This document shows, in pieces, positions 36,001-55,432 of a DNA stretch of 64,000 bases. The DNA comes from Asterias amurensis (Eukaryota), in contig NC_092653.1 in assembly GCF_032118995.1 (NCBI RefSeq), positions 7,187,031 to 7,251,030 of the forward strand. The letters are read 5' to 3'. Under the pieces are notes generated by a model. The model was not told the DNA's origin, did no database searches, and worked only from the letters and a program-made list of their open reading frames with translations. The translations under genes were made by a program, and so were the position numbers. Each line of letters opens with the position of its first letter. The first letter of the stretch is position 1.

Positions 36001-36904
36001 AATGGCGGGGCGGCACCATGACCATCTTCTCAGGACCGTAGATGACTCTGAAAACAAATTGGAAATGGTGAGTATTATAAACAGTTGGGATAAATTGTGA
36101 GTCAAAGCAACTGTTACTGTGGTCATGAGTAAACCAAATTAGCCACCTACCTGGATTTTTGAATCAGCTGTTTTTAAGCAGACAACAATAGCATTTTTCT
36201 GATAAGCAGGAAATTTTCATCGGTACATACCGAAAGGTATTTTGGCTGGTAAGTTTTCTAGTTTTAAAACAAAACTTTTTGTAATTAACAAATCAACAAA
36301 CAAAAACCTAGAACAAGACTTGGCCTCCATTTCTGGCAAATTGTAAACAATTAAAAATTTTGCTCAAGAATTCCAAGAATTCTCAGTTGGGTTGGCAAAT
36401 GAGGTCGGTAAAAAAAATGAGCATCCTCGTCCAAATTTTAAATTTGCTTTATATTTAGGCCTATCCAATCAAATTGTATTTTTAACAAATTGTTATGGGT
36501 ATTTTCATATATCCAAAATTTTGTACAAATAGAGATTTAAAAGAACAATTATAACAACATTTCAACATTTGAACATATTTGGGGATTATTAGATATTATG
36601 TTGAAATAGACCACTGGACTTGTACAGTGATCCTGAGTTCTGGCCCAGAACTAAAATCACTGGCCTCTGGACTGCGGTCCAGTGTTAATTTCAAGTCCTT
36701 TCCCTACAGGGGGACGTGATTGTCTCGTTACCTTTCATGATCCTGCCTGATGTAAGTACGAGGGCCAATCTCCACTGTGGTGACGTTTGTGTTGTGATTC
36801 AGAACGTGGATGTAGTAGTAAGGGGGAATCCTGTAGATGGACTCATCAGCCCCTCCTCCTACAACAGAAGGCGCGGCACTGCCTCGCTTGGACCTGTCAG
36901 CCAT
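26944..36904 (-). CDS. MVP: Major vault protein, gene span, 14 coding exons, 2583 nt CDS = 860 aa
   Basis: Exon translations are collinear with vertebrate MVP from the N-terminus ([63 protein letters not shown]) through the MVP repeats and shoulder to the cap-helix ([41 protein letters not shown]..) and the C-terminus ([32 protein letters not shown]). Every junction is phase-consistent and the total is divisible by 3. Confidence 0.92.
27235..27668. mobile_element. Cluster of two to three adjacent or nested family-A MITEs in MVP intron 13
   Basis: Successive TIR pairs: ..aaaattggacccc | caggcccgattgtatagagctgcttaagc..ctccacattgggcccgg | ggtcaatttcatagagctgcttaagc..gctatgaaattgggccctg. Confidence 0.8.
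27714..27902 (-). CDS. MVP: MVP exon 13 ([63 protein letters not shown])
   Basis: Acceptor catccag|GAA, donor CAG|gtaggt. Confidence 0.9.
28483..28726 (-). CDS. MVP: MVP exon 12 ([82 protein letters not shown])
   Basis: Acceptor tgacag|A, donor GCT|gtgagt. Cap-helix region. Confidence 0.92.
29079..29290 (-). CDS. MVP: MVP exon 11 ([70 protein letters not shown]-)
   Basis: Acceptor ccacag|AAC, donor AG|gtaaat, ends phase 2. Confidence 0.9.
29745..30200. mobile_element. SINE family S2-related copy in MVP intron 10 (ends ..aaaagcgctttataccaactgcatatgattattattattatt)
   Basis: Body ..cattattgctacatcctttgggatttgatgtaaagcc... and a characteristic tail. Confidence 0.65.
30208..30352 (-). CDS. MVP: MVP exon 10 ([49 protein letters not shown])
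   Basis: Acceptor gttccag|G, donor AAG|gtaaga. Confidence 0.9.
30776..30973 (-). CDS. MVP: MVP exon 9 ([66 protein letters not shown])
   Basis: Acceptor ttttcag|G, donor TG|gtaggt, ends phase 2. Confidence 0.9.
31484..31725 (-). CDS. MVP: MVP exon 8 ([80 protein letters not shown]-)
   Basis: Acceptor ccaaaag|GTG, donor AG|gtaggg, ends phase 2. Confidence 0.9.
31770..31906. mobile_element. Family-A MITE fragment in MVP intron 7
   Basis: cggtaagcagaaatttgctaagcag...ctgcttaaaagctctatgaaattggacccccg. Confidence 0.55.
31933..32082 (-). CDS. MVP: MVP exon 7 ([50 protein letters not shown])
   Basis: Acceptor caacag|GAT, donor AAG|gtaaga. Confidence 0.9.
32380..32505 (-). CDS. MVP: MVP exon 6 ([42 protein letters not shown])
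   Basis: Acceptor ctacag|GGT, donor GCA|gtaagt. Confidence 0.9.
32557..32700. mobile_element. Truncated family-D MITE (one TIR) in MVP intron 5, adjacent to a SINE
   Basis: cgcactggacactattggtaattactcaaaataattg... Confidence 0.55.
32700..33120. mobile_element. SINE family S2 copy in MVP intron 5, ending ..gctaaagcgctatataaaagtagtattattatc
   Basis: Head gccgagcgaataagagcaccg..gagtgtgggttcgag plus body and tail. Confidence 0.75.
33125..33235 (-). CDS. MVP: MVP exon 5 ([37 protein letters not shown])
   Basis: Acceptor tttgcag|GTT, donor AAG|gtacta. Confidence 0.9.
33843..33968 (-). CDS. MVP: MVP exon 4 ([42 protein letters not shown])
   Basis: Acceptor caacag|AAA, donor GAG|gtaaaa. Confidence 0.9.
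34622..34972 (-). CDS. MVP: MVP exon 3 ([117 protein letters not shown])
   Basis: Acceptor ttcaacag|GCC, donor AAG|gtgagc. Two MVP repeat units. Confidence 0.92.
35852..36047 (-). CDS. MVP: MVP exon 2 ([66 protein letters not shown])
   Basis: Acceptor ttttcag|A, donor CAG|gtgaga. Confidence 0.9.
36732..36904 (-). CDS. MVP: MVP exon 1 ([57 protein letters not shown]-)
   Basis: ATG at 36904, donor AG|gtaacg. A TATA-like (36956-36963, minus-strand ctttataaa) and a CCAAT box (36975-36979) lie just upstream. Confidence 0.85.
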
Positions 36905-37230
36905 TGTGAATAGTCAGCCTGAAAACAGAAAGAGTAACAATAATAAATACAAACATTTATAAAGCGCATCCTATCCAATGGTTAGAATTAGAAGGCGCGG
37001 CACTGCCTCGTTTGGATCTGTCAGCCATTGTGATTAGTCAGTCTGAAAACAGAAAGAGTCACAATAATAAATACATGAATATTTATAAAGCGCATTCTTT
37101 ATCCAATGGGTAGCGGCACTGCCTCGTTTGAACCTGTCAGCCATTGTGAATAGTCAGACTAAAAACAGAAAGAGCTGAACAATAATTAATACAAATATTT
37201 ATAAAGCCGCATATTATCCAATGGTTAGAA
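36877..37230. repeat. Tandem triplication (period ~118 bp) of the MVP first-exon start (first ~35 nt of CDS including the ATG), the 5'UTR and the TATA/CCAAT promoter unit
   Basis: Three near-identical units, each containing ccattgtga(a/t)tagtcag(c/t)ctgaaaacagaaagag..aataaatac..atttataaagcgcat..tatccaatgg + cggcactgcctcg(c/t)ttgga(c/t)ctgtcagccattgtg. Starts at about 36877, 36994 and 37113. Confidence 0.85.
36950..36985 (-). promoter_or_regulatory. MVP: Putative MVP core promoter: TATA-like (minus-strand ctttataaa, 36956-36963) and CCAAT box (36975-36979), about 50-75 bp upstream of the ATG. The same unit is repeated twice more upstream.
   Basis: Motifs read directly from the sequence. Their position relative to the ATG at 36904 is appropriate for a short 5'UTR. 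Confidence 0.4.
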
Positions 37231-37624
37231 TGACATAAGGCAGTAATTCCAGAGAGGAAACATTGTAATTGAACAGGATCCTTAAAAGATGAAAATAGGT
37301 GTGACCATGGTATGACTTGATTTTAGATTTGAATGAGTACAACTGAAGTAGGATGTTGAGAGGTAGCGAGGAATCTTCAAAAACTGACAAATCTCTATTT
37401 ATTTTATGTCATGTCATATATGAAAAAAGGCATTTGGTAATACATTGAGTAAAACTTGAGTGCATTGATGTAACATTATTATACATAGAGGCCTGGCTAT
37501 AAAACATCAGTTACTTAAAAATACATGAAATTTGAAACTAATATAGTAATATCCTTCCGAGTGACACAAACTTTTAGCAGTGAAAATCTACTACAGGGCA
37601 AAACTGTACTTCCTCTTAAAGCCA

Positions 37625-37972
37625 TATACACTTTTGGTAAACAGTATTGTCCAAGTCCCACACTTCGTGTATCACAACTTATAATAAAATAACAAACCCG
37701 TGAAAATTTAGGCTCAATCGGTCATCGGAGTCGGGAAAAAAATAACGGGAAAACCCACTCTTGTTTCTGCACGTTTCGCCGTGACATAACATGTGTTTAA
37801 CATAAATCCGTAATTCTCGATATCGAGAATTGATATTGTTTTAATGTTTTCTCAAAAAGTAAAGCATTTCATGGAATAATATTTCAAAAGAAGTCTTTCA
37901 CTGTAATACCTTCTGTAAACCCTGTAAGTTATTTGTAAATCTGTGAAACCAAAAGTGTCCAATGGCTTTAAA
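37625..37972. mobile_element. MITE family E (TIR TTAAAGCCAT...ACTTTTGG / CCAAAAGTGTCCAATGGCTTTAAA), ~350 bp. Flanked on both sides by a ~100-bp direct duplication (37521-37623 / 37973-38077).
   Basis: Shares the internal module ccacacttcgtgtatcacaactt..aacaaacc(c/t)gtgaaaatttaggctcaatcgg..cacgtttcgccgtg with the other E copies. Confidence 0.8.
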
Positions 37973-39539
37973 AATACATGAAATTTGAAACTAATATAGT
38001 AATATCCTTCCGAGTGACACAAACTTTTAGCAGTTGAAAATCTACTACAGGGCAAAATTGTACTTCCTCTTCAAAAAAATCAGCTATGATTGAAAAGCCA
38101 CATTGATGTGAGTCACTGAACCGTACACTGATATTTATCTCTGCTGATTGAGCCACCCCAAGGTCAATGTGGGTGTAGCTATTAATAAGGTAAACATTTT
38201 GCATTTCATGCTGAGAATTGGATTTACTGTACAACCAACACAGAACACTGAACAGTGATCTACTGCAAAATGTCATTGCTAGCACAAAGTGAGTTCACAA
38301 TTACAACTGGGGTGGGTGTAAAAATTGCCCAACAAACAACCAAGTTCAGCAACAAGGAGGTCCAAATTTAATAAATACTTTCTAGAAAAATGTCAGTACA
38401 CCCTGCCACTGTTTGTTCATTCGTCAACGTCTGATCGTTGACGTTTCCTATGTATGATGAAACAAATTACTTATAACTGAAATGAGATTCCTTTTAGTAA
38501 AAACTAGTGAAACTGTGGTGGCTGGATACAAAAGTGTTCTCCTCTTTAAAATAGCATTCCTTCAATCAATACTATGGAAAACTTTGCACGCACTTCCATT
38601 AGGCCATGCATCTATTTATGTAGTTTTGTTCTAGCAAGTTTGCATCGTTACTGTTTGTTCTATTTTTTTCAATGACAATAATAGTTCAACCATACTCAAC
38701 TGAACGCTGAATGGTGTGGGACCAAATTTTGGCAGATCAGGTTCACAACATCACAAATGTAGTCATGGCAAGTATATCTTCCCGTTCATAATTTCAGTCA
38801 TATCATTCACAAAACAAAAATACATGACGGATTCAAAGTAACTCACCTTTATCGAATCTCTCGACGAACGACTGAAAAATATGCGAGGCGGAAGCCTGAA
38901 TTTATCCATGCAGTTATTACCAGGTACTTGTGCAATGGCAACAGACTGACCAATCAAGAGGTCGCACATGCTGGACACGCCCACATGAATCTATTACTGT
39001 CGATTACATCATAGTTTTGCTTCAAAACGCCGCGCATGCATTGAAAAGAAACTAAAAGACGTCATCAAAATTCATGTTTGTTTGACAATCGGTTCATGAT
39101 AGACGCTTTGGGTTTTGTTTGTTTGCCGACGTTGCAAGAAAAGTGTTGAAACTCGTTGATAATTCATCTTGCACCGAATGATTAATACTGTTAAAAAGAA
39201 AAGAACACAAACAAGAGAACTGAAGCAAAATCCGACCACGGCTCAGGCGAGTGCGTGCTTTCAATTTGCGAGAAAAAAAAATCAAAATTAGCAAGGTTGC
39301 CGAACCTCCTAACTATCCACTAAACCTGAAAACCACACCATAGGCGATTACTTGCACAAATAAAAGCTGACTAGACACGGTTTGTTAATTCCACACCCTT
39401 TATTTTGTATCTAGCATTTTGAAGCAATTTTTCTAGAAAACAAATCCAAATACACAGGCCGCAAACATACGTCTGATGCAACCATCTGTAATTAATAATG
39501 TAGACGGATCGTGAGTCACAGCACGCAGGTGTCGCATGC

Positions 39540-40660
39540 AATTATGCCCTCTATGCAATGCTATGGAAGACATTATTGCATATGCAATAATGTTATTGCA
39601 TATGCAATAATGTTCGCCGGACGGTTTTGCATATGCAATCGTGTCCGCCCGGACGCTGCTGCACAATGCAATTGTGTCCGCCCTAGTCTTGAAGTCAAGA
39701 CGGTAATTGTTAAGCGCGGTGTGCAGTTACAGCGCGGCGTAGCTACGGGGACGATGAACACACCCTCGATCCCAGTATGTGTGAGTGAGTCAGTCGCAAT
39801 TACAGTTACAGTTAGAGCTGCCTCGCGCTACCTACGACTGTTGCATGTGTAACATCGCACTGAGACTGTTGCATGAAAGGCAGACAAATAGGCAGCGCCT
39901 AACGACTTGTCATCAAGTCTTTGTCCGCCCGGGCACATTTGCATATGCAGTTGTGTCCGCCCCGTGCAAAACTGTCCTTGCAGTAAATTAAATGTCCTTG
40001 ATCGACGGAACACGTTCGCCATTCAAGCTAAATGCATGTCATGGGAAAGGTTCGACCGTTGGGTATTTGCTGCAATCATAAAAATTAAAGGAACACGTTG
40101 CCTTGGATCGGTCGAGTTGGTCTTTGAAAAGCGTTTGTAACCGTTTTTTATAAAATGCATATGGGTAGAAAGATGTTGTAAAAGTAGAATACAATGATCC
40201 ACACAAACATGCCTCGAAATTGCGTGGTTTTCCTTTTACCTCGTCGACTAACACGTCGGCCATTTATGGGGGTCAAAATTTTGACTCCCATAAATGGCCG
40301 ACCATGTTAGTTCGTACAGTAGAAGGAAGACCATGCAATTTTGAGGCAAACTTGTATGGATCATTGTGTTCTACTTTTAAAACATCTTTCCAACCGTATG
40401 CATTTTATAAAAAAACGGTTACAAACGCTTTTGTTTTGACCAACTCGTCCGATCCAAGGCAACGTGTTCCTTTAATACGTGAATATTCATGCTGCATATA
40501 AGGTTCAGCGCATATATGCACGTTCGCTTACGCGCGCACATACATGTAACAGTCATGTACATGTCCACCGGACGGTTTTTGCATAGCCCCGGATACGATT
40601 GCATATGCAAAAGTGTCCGGAACGGACAGTATTGCATGGCGGACACGATTGCATCTGACA
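39540..40660. repeat. Cluster of >=7 copies of the palindromic 12-mer TTGCATATGCAA (and variants), each paired with a GTGTCCGCC(C) unit, on both sides of foldback MITE copy 2
   Basis: attgcatatgcaataatgtt (x2), ttgcatatgcaatcgtgtccgccc, cacaatgcaattgtgtccgccc, tttgcatatgcagttgtgtccgccc, gattgcatatgcaaaagtgtccgg, tattgcatggcggacacgattgcatctg. Confidence 0.7.
40089..40471. mobile_element. Foldback MITE copy 2, TTAA TSD (40085-40088 / 40472-40475)
   Basis: Same element as 7799..8180, >90% identical. Confidence 0.9.
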
Positions 40661-41433
40661 CTGGTTCACTAGGTTGTGCTTGATATTATACGAAAACAGA
40701 CGGCGAATATGGTGACCAAAATTATCTGGGGACCATTCAATTCACTCTCAGTGACTACTAGGTCTTAGTGGCGGACCTCAGCAAACAAAAACAAAGTAAT
40801 TTTACCGTCTTGGAAAAGGGAACGAGTTATACACGAGCAACTCGCCAACACATGATTGTCTACATTAAAATATGTTTGTTTGTATAGATAGTTTAAACAA
40901 CAAGAGTTAGATTTGTTTACTTATGTATTCTTTATTTGGAGTTGGGTGGTTACTTGCAGATGGAGTGCTACATTTTTTTTTAAATCTAAAAGGCCACACA
41001 AGAGGGCGCTATCAAACTGATGTGACACCAAAAACAGCCGCAGTTTACAGCACAGTGTGATGGATGGCTATTCGTTTTATTGATGATGCAGATCATTTTT
41101 AGGAAATGTTAATATTTCGTTCGTACTATGCACATCCCCTGTGCCTCAGCTTATAAGTTATGAAGGTGATGCAATGGGGGGGGGGGGGCAGATGAGCAAC
41201 AAAATAGATAACGGACACTTGAAACAATTGCCTTTAAACCACGTTTACTTTTCAAGTTTTCCGGTAGTGAATGCGAAATGTGTCATAATTTGTCAAACAT
41301 TACAAATTCCATTATGTTCAGGAACAGTTAAATTTTTCCTTCCAATCTTCAATGCATTTTATAAACTTTATGTGGTAAATATCAGCATTTACAATTACAT
41401 GTTGGTGTCTTTAGAAATAACCGACGGTGTTAA

Positions 41434-41537
41434 AGGCAGTGGACACTATCGGTAAATACTCAAAATAATTACCGGCATAAAACCTCACTTGGTAACAAGT
41501 AATAGATTTTGACAATTACCAATAGTGTCCATTGTCT
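41434..41537. mobile_element. Mini-MITE (104 bp) made of the two family-D TIRs only, TTAA-flanked
   Basis: aggcagtggacactatcggtaaatactcaaaataattacc..ttaccaatagtgtccattgtct between TTAA at 41430-41433 and 41538-41541. Confidence 0.75.
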
Positions 41538-41567
41538 TTAAAAGCCTTCAGAGGCTATCATTTAGGC

Positions 41568-42190
41568 CTATACACAAGGATTGTCTGGACAGAGTTCCTC
41601 TCCGCCGAACTCCAGAGCAGCGCCTTCGAATATCTGTGTACTCAAAAGACGGTAGCCAAACAGCCTACGCTCATACACGGCGATGTCAACCGATGCCGCA
41701 AAGCTTTCAACCAGTACATTCTCGAAGCCCCGCTCGGTGGGCCCTCTCAGACACTTCTGAAGGGTCGAAGGAGGCGCTCTAGCCCGTATGACCAACTTGT
41801 GCCGGAACGAAACCACTTCTATGGACACCTCACCGGAGCAGCCATCCGAGGTCACCCGAGCCATTGAATTGACGGGGTGGAAGTTCAACTCTAGTTCGGT
41901 GTTGAAGTCCCTGACACCAAAGAGGTGAGCTGGTACCGATAGAGGACCGAACCCAAGCACCCCAAATGTCCCTGCGAAGGCCGTCGATGAGGTTGAGTTG
42001 ACGCCCTGCATCCAGATCCATGAAGCAGGGAAGCCGTTTCCCCAGTTCTTCTCCTGGTGCATTGTACCGTCGCCTTGGATGCGGAGGCCCGTCTTGTCAT
42101 TCTCCCAGGTAAAGTCGCCAGGTGTTGCTAGGCTATAGACGAACCAATGGAGAGGGATGAACGGTACGTTGCCAAGCCAATCTTCTGGTC
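41568..42190 (-). CDS. Tocopherol-cyclase-like exon 2 (C-terminal half, ends ..CPDNPCV*)
   Basis: Acceptor catcaacag|GA completes the split Gly codon. Frame matches track ORF 41568..42218. TAG stop at 41568-41570. Confidence 0.8.
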
Positions 42191-43166
42191 CTGTTGATGG
42201 AGAAAACCATAAGAACAATTGAAAGAAACGTGAGATGTTATTCTAGAGAGAAGACCATCTAATTTTGGAAGGTTACACTTTGTCTCAACACCCATGTCAC
42301 GGCAACCTTATTGTATTTTCATAATCCAAACCATCACGGGGGGGGGGGTCGGCACAAAGGGTTGTCGAACAAAACATGGGCTGGAGGGGATGATTAAAAA
42401 GGCGCTATCAAATAAAGTTTTAACATAGTTCGCCATAATGGGGCCACAGAATCTCCAGGGGGACCGAAATGAAATATTAAAGAGCATTCAACATTTTGTG
42501 AATTACTCAGTGAGCCGTTGCTGTCTCTTCTGTTTTTAAAACTACTATGACCCAAGTGTTTCGTAAAAAGTGGTGCAAATATAAACGTTGATTTAGAGGA
42601 ATCACTTTAGGGCAACAACAAAAAACAGAGAACAAAAAATCAGTCTCACCTTTACCGTGAGGTCCCCACGGAGATGGAGGCCCGAAGTTTCCCGAGAAGC
42701 GATCGTCTCCGATCGTAAAGTCGAACGTTGTCGAATCTGGCGTCACATTGAAGAATCCGAACGGCTTAGCTACCCATTCGAAATGTGACGGACTCCAGTT
42801 GTCTGGATTTCCCGTCACCGGTCTTCCGCCGGATACAGTCACCGAGATGGTGTCCTCGTCTGGGTAGGCCTCGGCCACGACAAACGGTGCCGAATTGCCG
42901 TCACTTCGGATGATGGAGATATACGTCAGTGGAGGAGATGTGCTGTTGTTCCCTTCTTCCAATGGTTTTGGTAAGACCCGACCGAAGAGAACGCCGAAGG
43001 AGCGTGGGGAGGATGAGTCCGTTATACGGGCATACCAACCTTCGATGAACGGCCCTTGTTCGGGATAAACGTGGGGGTCATTATTATTTGCAGCCACTCC
43101 CGTTATTGCGGCAACTAGCAGAGCAAAAACGAGGGTCATTATGGACCGCCAAACCAATGCAGCCAT
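41568..43166 (-). CDS. Secreted tocopherol-cyclase-family protein (VTE1/SXD1-like, Pfam Tocopherol_cycl-like), gene span, 2 exons, 1140 nt = 379 aa
   Basis: Exon 1 has an N-terminal signal peptide (MAALVWRSIMTLVFALLVAAITGVAA) followed by ..FIEGWYARI.. (compare plant VTE1 FFEGWYFRV). Exon 2 has ..PLHWFVYSLATPGDFTWENDKTGLRIQGDGTMHQEKNWGNGFPASWIWMQGVN.. (compare VTE1 [52 protein letters not shown]) and C-terminal similarity (..VESFAASVDIAVYERRLFGYRLLSTQIFEGAALEFGG). Several N-glycosylation sequons (NST, NVT, NWS, NS). Confidence 0.8.
42650..43166 (-). CDS. Tocopherol-cyclase-like exon 1 (signal peptide + N-terminal half), donor G|gtgaga, ends phase 1
   Basis: ATG at 43166. Matches track ORF 42507..43166 up to the donor at 42649-42648. 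Confidence 0.8.
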
Positions 43167-43997
43167 CTTGTTGCAAGTGCTGTTATGACATAGAGTTAAA
43201 ATCGTTTAATCAGAACCTGATGCAATGGCTTAAATTGTCCTCGGGGATGGACTTTTGCGGTGATGAAAAAGTTAAACCGTTGTATCAACAGTGTCTACAA
43301 CAGTTAGATAACACTGCCCTTTGCTTTTGGATAACATGTTAAATAAGCACCACGTGATTTGTTAAAGCTTGGAGGAAAGGCCATTGTTAACATTAATATC
43401 TGTGTTCGGGAAAAAAAACCAAATGCATTTTTAGTTGCATTTTAAAACACAAACCGATCTACCCAAACTCATGAAAAGTTGTAAACTTATGTTTTTATGC
43501 TGAGATAAAAACACTAGAGCAATCACCCAAACAAAAACAAACACCCCTAATAAACAATACAAAAACTACCCCTAATTAAAAATTAGGCCAAGTTGGCGTA
43601 ACCCTATAATAGAATATTATTTTTATGCACATTATACCGGCCTCCTGGCCAACACACGGTCACAGGATGACACGAAAAGCCACTTCTATAGACGTGTAGT
43701 CGTAGCCAAACCCAATGACTACACTTCTATAGCTAGATCTTCTATCATTAACGTTCTAAGCCCATAGCCACATCCATAATATCATTTTTGATACGGCCCT
43801 TGATTAGTTACAAGGTTATGTTACACAAAACCAGTGACTTTTTTTGTTTACCCCTCGTCCAGCTTTTCTCTAAATAAAGGTTGCAAACATATCACTTACC
43901 TCGCAATATTTTGGGACTAAACTTTTTGCAGACAGTTACTTCCACACATTCCAGAGCTAACTTACAGTTGTACGTAACATGTCCGGTTTCAACTTAA

Positions 43998-44379
43998 AGG
44001 AACACGTTGCCTTGGATCGGACGAGTTGGTCAAAACAAAAGCGTTTGTAACCGTTTTTTATAAAATGCATATGGTTGGAAAGATGTTTTGAAAGTAGAAT
44101 ACAATGATCCACACAAGTTTGCCTCGAAATTGCGTGGTGTTCCTTCTACTGTGCGAACTAACATGGTCGGCCATTTATGGGAGTCAAAATTTTGACCCCC
44201 ATAAATGGCCGACGTGTTAGTCGACGAAGTAAAAGGAAAACCACGCAATTTCGAGGCATGTTTGTGTGGATCATTGTATTCTACTTTTACAACATCTTTC
44301 TACCCATATGCATTTTATAAAAAACGGTTACAAACGCTTTTCAAAGACCAACTCGACCGATCCAAGGCAACGTGTTCCT
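43998..44379. mobile_element. Foldback MITE copy 3, TTAA TSD (43994-43997 / 44380-44383). Lies between the divergently oriented tocopherol-cyclase-like and protease genes.
   Basis: Same element as 7799..8180. Confidence 0.9.
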
Positions 44380-44878
44380 TTAAGCATGGAGGTAGGATTA
44401 GATGAATGCATCACAGAAAGATCAAGGAAATCCGCTTTTCCACAACATGCCGAAATGTTCTACTGGCTTTTTACTTGTAATGTTGTATCACTGTTTTGTG
44501 ACCCTTTCAGATACAGCTGTTGGTCATTAATTTTGTTGTCTTTATAAATACCAAGCACCTATACTGAAAAGAACAAAGTGCGTCGGCCACAGTACACCCT
44601 TTTGAAAATAATGCACAACTTTCCCCTACTCGGGAAATAGAACAGCGAAGTCCTATAGCCCGTGACAGCTCTCAAGAATGGCGGCACATTCTTGTTGCAA
44701 CAAATGGCTTTTTTGAATATCTCAAATTCCCGCGACAAGAAACAACAAAGGTAGACAAAAAACCACGGTAGTTTACATTGTGCAGAACGAAACCAAACAA
44801 GAGTTTACTACAACATTCGACCACTGCCAACGTTGCTCTGCACATCGTTAAATCGTCTGGGCTTACGGCGGTGGGAAC

Positions 44879-54955
<10,077 letters not shown>

Positions 54956-55018
54956 CCCTGTATAGACCATTGTGGCTTAAAGCAGCTTGTATCATGACCA
55001 TGACATGCAAGATCTGAA

Positions 55019-55432
55019 CAGGGCCCAATTTCATAATGCTGTTGAGCAGAAATTACTGCTTGACAAACTTCTTTACTAAGCAAAAATTGATTGGGCACCA
55101 GCCACAACAATGCAAACTTAATGTACTTTTGGATGGTAACCTGATTCTGCTAAGCAGTACTAACTTGTTTTTAGCGAACTTTTGTGCTTACAGGTTTTAT
55201 GCCGATAAGCAAACTGCTTCCTTTAACAGAAAATTTTGCGAAGGTTTAAGCGTATTTCACAGCTTACATTATGCACCATGGATTTGCATTGTGACGTCAT
55301 TCATTTTCGTGCAGTAAGCATTGGAAGGTTAGCACACCTTTTTGTGTGCTTACGGTTGGCAGCGCTATGAAATTGAAAATGTACAGCAAGCACAAAATCG
55401 ACCATTAAGCAGCTCAATGAAATTGGGCCCTG
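55019..55432. mobile_element. MITE family A, long/composite copy (~410 bp), immediately 3' of the protease gene
   Basis: cagggcccaatttcataatgctgttgagc...gcagctcaatgaaattgggccctgc. The internal segment is shared with the 15049..15334 copy (ttgcattgtgac(g/a)tcatt(c/t)atttt). Confidence 0.8.

Noticed and set aside
39433-40022. Several overlapping 60-113-aa ORFs on both strands in the TTGCATATGCAA repeat region
   Set aside because: They are generated by the repetitive palindromic motif array. They have reciprocal overlapping frames and no homology.
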